The position numbers and the translations under genes are program-made. 64,000 nt of DNA from an uncultured Nitrospirales bacterium (GTDB lineage: Bacteria; Nitrospirota; Nitrospiria; Nitrospirales; NS-4), in contig CAZSUT010000003.1 of NCBI GenBank assembly GCA_964610095.1, positions 19,278 to 83,277 on the forward strand, given 5' to 3'. The notes under the pieces were generated by a model that saw nothing but the letters and a program-made list of their open reading frames with translations, was not told where the DNA came from and searched no databases. Shown here one piece after another: positions 10,657 through 19,554 of the stretch; position 1 is the first letter of the stretch; every line of letters begins with the position of its first letter.

Positions 10657-11532
10657 CTATGCCTGATACCGGATACGCTCCGGCTGAATCCGATAGAGAT
10701 TCCATGCCAGCCCCGTCAACGAGAGCCCGAAGACGAACCACTTAGACGGGTCGAAATTGTACCAGCGGGGCCCGTTGCGGTAATCCCGCTGATACGCATG
10801 ATGGTAATTGTGATAACCCTCGCCGAACGTGACGAGCGACACCAGCCAATTGTCCCGGCTCGAGTCCGCCGACGTGTGAGACTGTTCGCCCCAGAGATGG
10901 CAGACGGAATTGATGCAGAAGGTCGAATTGAGGACCAGGAACATCCGGGCGACGCCGGCCAGCAGGAAGCACCCGAGCCCGCTCTTCCACCCACCGTACG
11001 CCGCCCCCACTGCGAACGGCAGCGTCAGTCCGGACAGCACGATAATGGCATAGTAGCGATGCTGCCACATCACGATGGGATCCTTACGAAACTGCACTTC
11101 GTATTTTTCGTGAAGGTCGAACGGAGCCTTGTAGAAGATCCATAGCACATGACTGTGCCAGAAGCCGAGCGTGGCGTTGTACGGGTCTTCCTCTCGATCA
11201 CACTTCGCATGGTGCCGGACATGGTCGGCTGCCCACTTGCAAGCCGAATTCTGCAACGCCCAGCCGCCCGCAATCAACAACGCCACCTTGACCCACGGCT
11301 TGCACTCGAAGCTCCGGTGGGCGATCAGCCGGTGGTACCCCACGGTAATCCCCAGCCCCGAGGCGAAATACAGGACGACCAGGAGCGCCCAGTCTATCCA
11401 GGTATAGCCGACGTAGTACCCGAACACCGGCACAGCGACCAACGCACCGGCCACGACCATCCCGAACAACGATAAGGAAAGATAATCATACGAGACGCGC
11501 GTGTCCTCACCGCTTCCTGCAACATGCTCCAC
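10657..11532 (-). CDS. Delta-9 acyl-lipid/acyl-CoA fatty acid desaturase
   Basis: His boxes HRLIAH, HVRHH, HNYHH; GITVGYHR and GEGYHN motifs. Confidence 0.92.
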   Translation of the reverse strand: MEHVAGSGEDTRVSYDYLSLSLFGMVVAGALVAVPVFGYYVGYTWIDWALLVVLYFASGLGITVGYHRLIAHRSFECKPWVKVALLIAGGWALQNSACKWAADHVRHHAKCDREEDPYNATLGFWHSHVLWIFYKAPFDLHEKYEVQFRKDPIVMWQHRYYAIIVLSGLTLPFAVGAAYGGWKSGLGCFLLAGVARMFLVLNSTFCINSVCHLWGEQSHTSADSSRDNWLVSLVTFGEGYHNYHHAYQRDYRNGPRWYNFDPSKWFVFGLSLTGLAWNLYRIQPERIRYQA

Positions 11533-11721
11533 GCCTAAGCCCTCACACGTTAATAAGATGAAACTCAGCTACGACGCTTTTCGATGTGTTGTGTGCTAGC
11601 AGTGCCTTCTTCTGAAGCCCTCTGGAGGCGGCCAAACGCGGGTGACTCTACAGAAAGACGGGACAGAAAGCAAGAGGAAAGATTGGTCAAAATGTGCCGG
11701 ACAAGGCTCTTGCAAGCTCCG

Positions 11722-11730
11722 TGCTATAAT
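11722..11730 (+). promoter_or_regulatory. Extended -10 promoter of the M28 peptidase gene
   Basis: TGcTATAAT, 8 nt before ATG 11739, no SD. Confidence 0.55.
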
Positions 11731-11738
11731 CCCGCGCC

Positions 11739-13166
11739 ATGCGCGCGCTGGGAGTCTTGTCGGTCATCATCCTGACCTGCATCACCTCACCGGGGAACTC
11801 GGCCGAACCCGACGAATTCGCCAAGCTGGCCGCCCACGTTTCCTCCGCTCAACTCACGCAAACCGTCCGGGAGCTCTCCAGTTTCGATGGGCGACAATCC
11901 GGGATGGCCGGCGGCCAAGCGACCGCGGCTTACATCGCACGTCGCTTACCTGAGGCCGCATTGCAACCGTTTCCGATCACAACGGTGCAAATCGACACGC
12001 GTATACGTGCGGCGATTCGGATCAACCGGCGCGTGGTGGCTCTCGAAAAGGGCCAGGACTTCCTCCCGGTCATAAACCTGGCCCCCACGGGGCAAATCTC
12101 TGCCCCGGTGGTTTTTGTCGGCTATGGAATCGCCGCTCCCGACCAGGGTCTCGACGAGTACCAGGGCCTCTCGTCAGCCGGTAAGGTTGTGTTTTTCCTC
12201 CGCGGACAGCCCAAGGGCTTTGTGGGCCGCGTGACCCACGCGGACAAGGTCCGGACCGCCCTCGCCAAGGGCGCTGTGGCCTACCTGACCGTCACCGGTC
12301 CGATCCTGAGCCCCTACGAGGAGCGCCGTGGAATGACGACCCGGCCGGTGGCCCTCTACGAAGGGCCGGCGCCTGCCGCCCTGCCCGGGCTGTGGATCAC
12401 GCCCGCCGCAGCGGATGTCATACTGCAATCCGTCGGCCGCTCCGTTCGGTCCTTTCAAGAAGAGATGGACCGGCAACTCGCCGCACGATCCGCGGACACA
12501 GGCACGGAGCTGCTCATGGAGATAGTTGCACGTGGGCACGACGCGACGGCCTCGAACATCTTCGCGCTGTGGCTGGGCTCCGATCCGGCGCTTCGCGAGG
12601 AGACCATCATTCTGGGCGCACATCACGACCACTTCGGGATCCAGGCCGGCCTGGTGTTCCCCGGTGCGGACGACAACGCGTCCGGCTCGGCCGTGCTGCT
12701 GGAGATCGCCCGCGTCCTCGCTACCACCGGCATGAGGCCCAAGCGCAGCCTCCTGTTCCTGTCTTTCGCCGGCGAAGAACAGGGCCTGCTGGGGTCACGG
12801 TTCTATGTGGCCCACCCGCTCCATCCCCTGAAAGCCGCCAAGGCGATGATCAATGTCGATCACGCGGGGGTCGGAAACGGCCACATCATGGTTGGACTCT
12901 CGAAACTCGAGAAATCCGCCGCACAGGCTGCGGCCGAGAAGGTCGCCGCAGGCGACAGGCTGGAGCCGTACGGCCTGTTTCCGGGCGGAGACCACGTGCC
13001 GTTCGCGGAAGCCGGCCTTCCCACCGCCGCGATCGTGACGGCGGGATCCCACCCGGACTTCCATCAGCCGACCGACACGCCCGAAAAGATCAAGCCTGAG
13101 CTCCTCGTTTTGATCACGCGCTACACCCTGGCTCTGGTGTGGGCCCTCGCCAACGATGAGCAGTGA
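11739..13166 (+). CDS. Secreted M28 family Zn-aminopeptidase with PA domain
   Basis: Signal peptide; GAHHDH, GADDNASG, GEEQGLLGS, DHVPF, FHQPTD; PA insert VVFVGYG. Confidence 0.88.
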   Translation: MRALGVLSVIILTCITSPGNSAEPDEFAKLAAHVSSAQLTQTVRELSSFDGRQSGMAGGQATAAYIARRLPEAALQPFPITTVQIDTRIRAAIRINRRVVALEKGQDFLPVINLAPTGQISAPVVFVGYGIAAPDQGLDEYQGLSSAGKVVFFLRGQPKGFVGRVTHADKVRTALAKGAVAYLTVTGPILSPYEERRGMTTRPVALYEGPAPAALPGLWITPAAADVILQSVGRSVRSFQEEMDRQLAARSADTGTELLMEIVARGHDATASNIFALWLGSDPALREETIILGAHHDHFGIQAGLVFPGADDNASGSAVLLEIARVLATTGMRPKRSLLFLSFAGEEQGLLGSRFYVAHPLHPLKAAKAMINVDHAGVGNGHIMVGLSKLEKSAAQAAAEKVAAGDRLEPYGLFPGGDHVPFAEAGLPTAAIVTAGSHPDFHQPTDTPEKIKPELLVLITRYTLALVWALANDEQ

Positions 13167-13178
13167 GATGCCCGGGAA

Positions 13179-13940
13179 TTACTTCAGCGGTAGCTTGACG
13201 CTGATCGCTCCGCCTAAATCCCCTTCCTTCGCCCCCTCTTTCTTATAACCCGAGATGTCCTTCTCGCCCTTGGGCTCCCCATGGCACGTGAGGCACCCCT
13301 TGCCGTAAAAGAGGGGCAGCATCACCCGGAGGATTTTGCCGCCATCCGCTGCCTCGCTGACAATTTTCTCGCCTTGGCGGGGGTACGCCGGATCGGCAAA
13401 CTTTTGCAGCACGCCTGCTTCGAACTCGTCGGCCTTGTTGGCGGGGTTCCGCAACAACCCGTCGTGCGTGGTCTGCTTGAGGTAAATTCCTGCCTTGGCG
13501 CTGAACTTGGAGGCCGCATGGGTGCCGAAGGTCGCCGGTATGAAGCCCTTAAAGCCGACCCCCTTTTTATTGATGATCGATTGATTCTCGGCGACGGTCT
13601 GTTTAGACGCTTCAACCAGTTGGGGCAACAGTTTCTTGGCCATCTCGGGCACGTTGGCGGACTTGAGGTTGGTCAGATCGACTCCGGACCGTTCCTTGAA
13701 CTTCTCGCCCAATTGCTTTTCGAACACCTCGGGCGTAAAGCCCTTGTCGCCCTTTTCGGCGTCGTTGATGAGCGCTTGGTTGGCCCCCACCGTGACCCGA
13801 CCCGAGTCCAAGAGAATCGCCAAGAGCCGGCCGGTTTCCGCGGCGTCCTGCTCCGGGCCCGCGAGTGCCACGCTCGGGGCCGATACGAGCCCGACAAGAA
13901 CCATGAAGAGGATGGTGACGGGCAATCTTCCTTTCATCAT
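13179..13940 (-). CDS. Secreted DUF3365/Tll0287-like c-type heme protein
   Basis: Signal peptide; RNPANKADEFE; C-terminal CLTCH followed by GDLGGAISV. Confidence 0.82.
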   Translation of the reverse strand: MMKGRLPVTILFMVLVGLVSAPSVALAGPEQDAAETGRLLAILLDSGRVTVGANQALINDAEKGDKGFTPEVFEKQLGEKFKERSGVDLTNLKSANVPEMAKKLLPQLVEASKQTVAENQSIINKKGVGFKGFIPATFGTHAASKFSAKAGIYLKQTTHDGLLRNPANKADEFEAGVLQKFADPAYPRQGEKIVSEAADGGKILRVMLPLFYGKGCLTCHGEPKGEKDISGYKKEGAKEGDLGGAISVKLPLK

Positions 13941-13984
13941 TGCTGGCCTCCTTCCGAAAAGATGCTAGACGAACATGGGTCAAA

Positions 13985-14059
13985 TGGAGCCGGCGAGTGG
14001 GGTCGAACCACCGACCTGCTGATTACGAATCAGCTGCTCTGCCACTGAGCTACGCCGGC
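13985..14059 (-). tRNA. tRNA-Thr(CGT)
   Basis: Cloverleaf GCCGGCG..GCTGA-TTCGTAA-TCAGC..GTTCGA..CGCCGGC-T-CCA. Confidence 0.97.
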
Positions 14060-14094
14060 TCGGGCGCCCACTCTAACAAGCCGTCTTGGAGAAT

Positions 14095-15984
14095 TCAACC
14101 CCGACGCCGCGACTTGCTGAAGGGGAAGGTACCGATCGGACCGTCCGGCTCCACCTCTGGGTTCACCGCCGGCACTTGCTGCCTTTTCAGCTCAGCCGCG
14201 CCCTTGGGTACCTGCTCCCGCAGATAGGCGATGATCTCTCCTACGTCCACCCAGCCGTTGTCGTCGGCATCGCCTTGGCCTCGAATGGCCTTCAGAAAGT
14301 GATAGGTGAACAGCCCGTGCTGTTCGGCGTCCCAGGAGAGGCTGGGCCCGTTCGTGAAGGACGACCCGATAATGACGGTGCGGGTCTTGCCACCAGTCTT
14401 CCGCGCGCTCCACGGGAGCTGTCGCGCGTCACCCTTGCCGCCACCCGCCGGAAACGAGAGGTCGGCAAAGACCAGGTTCAGCCGGGACGGCAAGCGCGCC
14501 AGGACTTCCTGCAGCCGGTTCAGCGAATAGCCCCGGCGCACGAGGTCGGGCCGGCCTTCGTAGGGAATCAGGATGATGTCGGTGCCCTCCGCATTCAGGA
14601 CGGCGTTGCCGACCAGATAGACGAAGACGATCCCTGACGCGTTGGCCTGGCTGGGCAGCCAGTCTTCGAAGGTGTCCTGAATATCGACCAGGAGCGCACG
14701 CTCGTCCGTCAAGACCCGCACGTTCTCGGACGGGAACCCCGCCAGTGCGGTCAAGTGCTTGGCGACGACCTCGGCATCGCGCCGGGCATGTTTCAGACGC
14801 GGGATGCTTTCCTCCCGATAGCCTCCGAGGCCGACCACCAGAGCATATGAGGTGCGACGTTCAAATCCCTGGACTCTGGCAGGAATCTGATCCACGTCAA
14901 TCGAGAGCATCTCGACAGGCTCGCGTGCGCCCGCGACGGACTTGATGGACGCCACGAACCGCTTGCGGGTTGGCGGCCCATTGCCTCCAGCTTCGGTGAC
15001 CTGCACCAACAGTTCCGCCTGCTGATCGGGGAAAGTGGCCGGTAGTTTCGTGGTGATCGTCGCTTTTTTTTTCTCGCCCGGTTGGATATCGCCGAGCAAC
15101 GTCGGATTGACGAATTCCTTCACCAGAGCCGGTGTGCCCGAGAGCTCGACCGCCACGCCGCGGGCGACGCCCGGACCGGCGTTGGCGACCTCCACGCGGA
15201 CGACGACCTTCTCACCGGCCTCCAGCACCTGATTGCGGTTCTCATCCTCCAGGGACGCCAAGAAGCTGAGGGTCGGTGCCTCTGCAGTCACTGTCGGCGG
15301 CGCACCCGTGCCCCCGCTCCCGCCAGGCCGGCCTGCGGCCATCATCTCCTTGCGAGTCCCCAAGCGAATGGCCCAGTCGCGAATCTTGACCGACTGGGTC
15401 AGGCTGTCCACCAACCGATCCGACAGTTTCTCCAATGCCTCCGTCACCGGCACCATCAACCCTTGAACCGTGCAGTTGGTGCCGTCGGTCGTCACGGTCC
15501 ACTTACCTTCGCCCTTGACCGGCTCGTTGAGCAGGGTCTTGCCCTCCGCATCGACCACCGTGACCCGTAAGCGCACCAATACCTTGAGCGGGTATTCCCC
15601 GACCTCGCGTCGAGGGATGGCCAGATTCATTTCCCCGGTCTCGAGCGCGGCGCTGAACACGGCGTCCGCGGGATCTTTCGGGCTTCCCTCGAAAGTCTTC
15701 TCAAAGACCCCAGTCGCATCCGCCTTCACTTGCTCAGCGAGCCGTTCCCCCAGAGGAATCGCCTGGGGTACCCCGCACGAATCCTTATAGAACACCTGCG
15801 CATGCTTGAGGGCCTCGGGGATCTCGAGGCGGACCGTCAAAGGGATGCTGGGGGTCTTCGCCTCGTCGGATTTGAACTCCAATCGCGGGAAGACGAGCTT
15901 CTGCCCACAGCCGAGCGCGGCCACGACCGTCGCCAGCACGACGAGGCGCAAGAAAGGACGCTGGGCTGAACAGAGAAGCAGCAT
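14095..15984 (-). CDS. Lipoprotein with Ig-like/CARDB domain and C-terminal caspase-like (C14) domain lacking the catalytic dyad
   Basis: ALGC lipobox; YALVVG..Y..L..ARRDA caspase fold; GHG replaced by GNA and DAC by DLS. Confidence 0.75.
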   Translation of the reverse strand: MLLLCSAQRPFLRLVVLATVVAALGCGQKLVFPRLEFKSDEAKTPSIPLTVRLEIPEALKHAQVFYKDSCGVPQAIPLGERLAEQVKADATGVFEKTFEGSPKDPADAVFSAALETGEMNLAIPRREVGEYPLKVLVRLRVTVVDAEGKTLLNEPVKGEGKWTVTTDGTNCTVQGLMVPVTEALEKLSDRLVDSLTQSVKIRDWAIRLGTRKEMMAAGRPGGSGGTGAPPTVTAEAPTLSFLASLEDENRNQVLEAGEKVVVRVEVANAGPGVARGVAVELSGTPALVKEFVNPTLLGDIQPGEKKKATITTKLPATFPDQQAELLVQVTEAGGNGPPTRKRFVASIKSVAGAREPVEMLSIDVDQIPARVQGFERRTSYALVVGLGGYREESIPRLKHARRDAEVVAKHLTALAGFPSENVRVLTDERALLVDIQDTFEDWLPSQANASGIVFVYLVGNAVLNAEGTDIILIPYEGRPDLVRRGYSLNRLQEVLARLPSRLNLVFADLSFPAGGGKGDARQLPWSARKTGGKTRTVIIGSSFTNGPSLSWDAEQHGLFTYHFLKAIRGQGDADDNGWVDVGEIIAYLREQVPKGAAELKRQQVPAVNPEVEPDGPIGTFPFSKSRRRG

Positions 15985-16093
15985 GTGCGCAGGTCTCCCG
16001 GAAACGATGGCGGGCGCCCGGCTGACTTGTGTCCCCGCTGCCTTATACAAGAAATGCGCGCCAATCGCAACGAAAACCCTCACGGCGGCCTCC

Positions 16094-16123
16094 TTGACAC
16101 CCCGGAACCTGATTCGCTACCGT
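16094..16123 (+). promoter_or_regulatory. Putative promoter of ubiA, probably leaderless
   Basis: TTGACA-N18-TACCGT, 6 nt before ATG 16130. Confidence 0.45.
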
Positions 16124-16129
16124 GCGCCC

Positions 16130-17008
16130 ATGGCCGCTCTTGGAGGACCGTCGCTCTCCTGGTCAGACTTGGCCGCCCTCATTCGCCTCCGAAATCAAAC
16201 CGGCTCCCTCCTGCTGCTCTTCCCCACTCTGTGGGCGCTGGTCCTCGCCGGTGATGGGCACCCGCCGCTTTTGCTGACCGCCATCTTCGTGGCAGGCGCG
16301 TTCGTCATGCGGAGCGCAGGGGTCACCGTCAACGATCTCTGGGACCGCGACCTGGACCGACGGGTCCAGCGCACTCGCGAGCGCCCCTTGGCGTCCGGCC
16401 GCATGCAGCCAAGAGCGGCCGTGGCCGTCTTTCTCGCGCTGATCGGGATCGCCACCGGCTTGGTCCTCCTGCTCAATCCCCTCACGATCGCCCTCGCACC
16501 AGTCGCGCTGCTCCTGGCCATCCTGTACCCGCTGGCCAAACGGATCTTGCCGCTCCCCCAGGCCATTCTGGGCATGGCGTTCGGGTGGGGCACGATCATG
16601 GCCTGGTCGGCCGTGCGCAACGAAATCGGCTGGCCAGCCGTCGGCATCTTCGTCGCCACCATCTTCTGGGCCATCGGTTACGACACGATCTACGCCCTGC
16701 AGGACCAAGAAGATGACCGGCGGGTCGGCGTGCATTCCGCCGCCCTTCTCTTCGGGCCATGGATATGGGTGGCGATTGGCAGCGCGCTGTCCGTGATGGT
16801 GGCGGTGTTAGTCCTGGTCGGCCTGGCGACGGGCCTCGCCTGGCCGTTCTACGTGACGCTCCTCCTGACGGCCGTGCTGTTCGCCTGGCAGGTGCGCCGG
16901 ATCAAACGCCCGGTTGCTCCCGCCCAGGCCTTCGCCTTGTTCAAGCAGCACATCTGGGCCGGCGCGCTCATTCTCGCGGGGTTCTGGAGCGGAGTGCTGC
17001 TGCGGTAA
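16130..17008 (+). CDS. ubiA: 4-hydroxybenzoate polyprenyltransferase
   Basis: NDLWDRDLD..RT..RPLASG and YDTIYALQDQEDD motifs; multiple TM helices. Confidence 0.9.
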   Translation: MAALGGPSLSWSDLAALIRLRNQTGSLLLLFPTLWALVLAGDGHPPLLLTAIFVAGAFVMRSAGVTVNDLWDRDLDRRVQRTRERPLASGRMQPRAAVAVFLALIGIATGLVLLLNPLTIALAPVALLLAILYPLAKRILPLPQAILGMAFGWGTIMAWSAVRNEIGWPAVGIFVATIFWAIGYDTIYALQDQEDDRRVGVHSAALLFGPWIWVAIGSALSVMVAVLVLVGLATGLAWPFYVTLLLTAVLFAWQVRRIKRPVAPAQAFALFKQHIWAGALILAGFWSGVLLR

Positions 17009-17016
17009 CCATACCT

Positions 17017-17075
17017 GTCATTCTGAGCAGAGCGAAGAATCTGCCCAAGGGATCCTTCACTTCGTTCAGGATGAC
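17017..17075. repeat. REP-like palindromic element between convergent genes
   Basis: GTCATTCTGA..GCGAAGAATC..GATCCTTC..CTTCGTTCAGGATGAC; terminal arms 9/10 complementary with nested inner arms. Confidence 0.7.
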
Positions 17076-17083
17076 GTTGTCGA

Positions 17084-17881
17084 TCAGGAAGAGGCCGGCA
17101 GCGGCTTGTCGGGCGGCGGGGCGTTCAGCGTCTTCAGGAAAAACATGATGGCCCTGGCGTCGTCATCGCTGACGCCCAGATTCGGCATCTTGGTTCGCGG
17201 CTTCATGACTTGCGGATATTTGATCCAGCGATACACCCAGGACGAGTTTAAGCGGAACCCGGCCCGCTCCAGGGGCGGGCCGACCTCTCCCCCGCTCTGT
17301 CCGATCTTGTGACAGGCGTTGCACCCGTACTTGTTGTAATAGAGTTGCTTACCCCGCGCCCCGAGCTTGGCCTCCTCGGAGGGGGACGCCGTCACCATGG
17401 GCTTGGGGACCGGCGCGAATTTCGGGCGTTCCTTCTTAAGCGAGGCCCAGTTTGCCTTCTGCAGCTTCATCCCATGGAGCGTGCGCACAAAGGCCACCAG
17501 GGACCAGAGCTCTTCCTCCGACAGCGTATTTTTGAACGTGGGCATGGTCGGAACGGCGAATTCGTCGTCACCAATCTTGTCGCCGACCTCCGGCGTCGTG
17601 TCCTTCATATCGCGCGAGATGGTCGCAAAGATCTCCTCATCCTTCAGGGTGCTCATCTCGTCCTTGTTGGACAGGTCCTTGGGCTTGGGATCGGGCATGA
17701 GCTTCCAGTTGAAGCCCTCGCCGGACCTGCCGTGCTCGCCGTGGCAATGGGAGCAGTAATAGGCGTAGAGAGCGCGCCCCTTGGCGACGTGCTCGTTCTC
17801 GAACAGGGCGCACCCGCCCAGCCCGACCAGCACCGCCACCGCCGCGACCGCGACCGCCCTCACGCTATGCCGCCTACTCAT
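17084..17881 (-). CDS. Di-heme c-type cytochrome lipoprotein
   Basis: LGGC lipobox; CSHCH and CNACH; ATG overlaps the upstream TGA. Confidence 0.88.
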   Translation of the reverse strand: MSRRHSVRAVAVAAVAVLVGLGGCALFENEHVAKGRALYAYYCSHCHGEHGRSGEGFNWKLMPDPKPKDLSNKDEMSTLKDEEIFATISRDMKDTTPEVGDKIGDDEFAVPTMPTFKNTLSEEELWSLVAFVRTLHGMKLQKANWASLKKERPKFAPVPKPMVTASPSEEAKLGARGKQLYYNKYGCNACHKIGQSGGEVGPPLERAGFRLNSSWVYRWIKYPQVMKPRTKMPNLGVSDDDARAIMFFLKTLNAPPPDKPLPASS

Positions 17882-18825
17882 GCCGGCTGCCCCTTCCTCA
17901 CCTTGCGGATGATGACGTACTCCACCCCTGCCGCCACCACCACCGCGATGAGCCCGTAGAGGTAAATCGAATAGTTGGTCGGCGGCTCCGCATTGAAGTA
18001 CCACCACGAGGTGACGGCTTTCTGCGAGCCCGACTCCTTCAGATCACCGCTTTCCAGCTTCTTGCCGTCCCAGACCGCAAACGCGATGTTCGGGAACGTG
18101 CCGAGCTGAAATTGGGCGTCGTTGGGATCGGTCGTGGTGAGCGCCCGGGTGAACACGACGCGCCACACGCCGGTGGCGTCCTGCTCGACCACTTTCGTCT
18201 CCTCGTCGAAGAGCGGTTCGCCTGTCTTGGGGTCCTTCGCCGGCTCTCCCTTGGCGTCCTTCTTGGGGATGAGCTTCCGTTCCTTGAATCGGACCTTGGT
18301 CTTCTCGTCCTTCCAAACTCCTTTCGCCTGGACATCCTGCTGGGCCTGCTTCTTCAGCGTGCCAAAGCCCTGGGCGTTCATGTCCGCGGCGCCGGGCGTA
18401 TCGTTTCGCCAGTACCAGATGTTGACCGGCCCGCCTTCGACCTGCGCCATCGGCTGGCCGTGGGCAAAATGGGCCTTCTTGTCGCCGACCATGAACTCCA
18501 GCGCGGCGGCATCGGCCGGATCCTGGGTCGGGTCGGCATATTCCAAGAGGAAGGCGATCTGCTTGGTGTTGTGCACGCCGCGCACCTTGATTGATTTGAC
18601 GGTGACCTGCAGAATGCGTTTCGGCCAATGGACTTGCGGCGACATCGGAAACTCGGTCGCCGGGATCGTATTCCAGCTCGGGGCCAGCGGATCCGTCGGC
18701 ACCGCGCCCTGGATCAGCTTCACCCGAACGACAACGGTCTCCTGCGCCAAGACAGGCGTCCCCCACAAAACAGCGACCGCCGCAGCCAGGACGGCCAGTC
18801 GCGCGTGTGTAGAAGGCATCCCCAC
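17878..18825 (-). CDS. Ethylbenzene dehydrogenase gamma-subunit-like heme-b protein (EB_dh/DOMON; NxrC-type candidate) with C-terminal TM anchor
   Basis: Signal peptide; D.AALEF, VNIWYW, GVWRVVFTRAL, IAFAVWDG, GSQK; C-terminal hydrophobic helix. Confidence 0.8.
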   Translation of the reverse strand: MGMPSTHARLAVLAAAVAVLWGTPVLAQETVVVRVKLIQGAVPTDPLAPSWNTIPATEFPMSPQVHWPKRILQVTVKSIKVRGVHNTKQIAFLLEYADPTQDPADAAALEFMVGDKKAHFAHGQPMAQVEGGPVNIWYWRNDTPGAADMNAQGFGTLKKQAQQDVQAKGVWKDEKTKVRFKERKLIPKKDAKGEPAKDPKTGEPLFDEETKVVEQDATGVWRVVFTRALTTTDPNDAQFQLGTFPNIAFAVWDGKKLESGDLKESGSQKAVTSWWYFNAEPPTNYSIYLYGLIAVVVAAGVEYVIIRKVRKGQPA

Positions 18826-18831
18826 TATCGC

Positions 18832-19554
18832 TTACTCCCACGTCCGGGGCTTCTGCCCGGAACCCGCATATTCCGCCATGATGATCTTCCAGATCCACTC
18901 GTCCGGCAGCTCCACTTCCCATCGGGGCATGGCTGACTTCCACGGGTGGCCTTCCACGTTCAGCCCCACCCCGCCTTTTTTGATGCGCCAGAACAGGTAG
19001 GACTCCTGCAGTTGAGCAATCGTGCCCGGATCAACAAAATTCGCCGGAGGGGGGTTGAACCCATCGGAGGCAGGCCCGTTGCCGTTGAACTTGGGGCCGT
19101 GGCACGGCGAGCAGAACGCAGCAAAGAGGCCCTTCCCCATCATGACGTTTTCCGGCGTGTTCGGCACCGGGTTCGCCAGGCCGACGAACTCGCCCGGCGG
19201 GGCTGGATGGATGGTCCGGTTCTCAGCGGGCGGCTGCGTGCTTGGCGCAAGGTCACTGTATGTCTCCCAGCCCACCAGGAGGGGGACGAGCACCAGCACC
19301 GCGAGGCGAGCAAATTGGGCCACTCCGTTCAAACCTTCCCCGCTCAGGAAACGAAAGATGGGCCCCAGCAACGCCTCCGTGGATTCGCCGCTGAGCGTCC
19401 CATACACGACGATGCCGACGGTGGTCAGGAACAGATAGAGCCATATGAGACTCATGGGCAAGGGCGCAGTGACTAACGGCGCGACGAACTTGAACACCAC
19501 GAACACCGCCACCAACAGAACAGCCCCCTTCATCGCCAATGAGGATCCTCTCAT
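18832..19554 (-). CDS. Membrane-anchored mono-heme cytochrome c
   Basis: Three N-terminal TM helices; CSPCH; YLFWRIKKG..AMP. Confidence 0.88.
   Translation of the reverse strand: MRGSSLAMKGAVLLVAVFVVFKFVAPLVTAPLPMSLIWLYLFLTTVGIVVYGTLSGESTEALLGPIFRFLSGEGLNGVAQFARLAVLVLVPLLVGWETYSDLAPSTQPPAENRTIHPAPPGEFVGLANPVPNTPENVMMGKGLFAAFCSPCHGPKFNGNGPASDGFNPPPANFVDPGTIAQLQESYLFWRIKKGGVGLNVEGHPWKSAMPRWEVELPDEWIWKIIMAEYAGSGQKPRTWE

Noticed and set aside
17878-18825. Calling the EB_dh protein nxrC outright
   Set aside because: No nxrA or nxrB in the window; the family also serves other DMSO-reductase type II enzymes, so it is only a candidate
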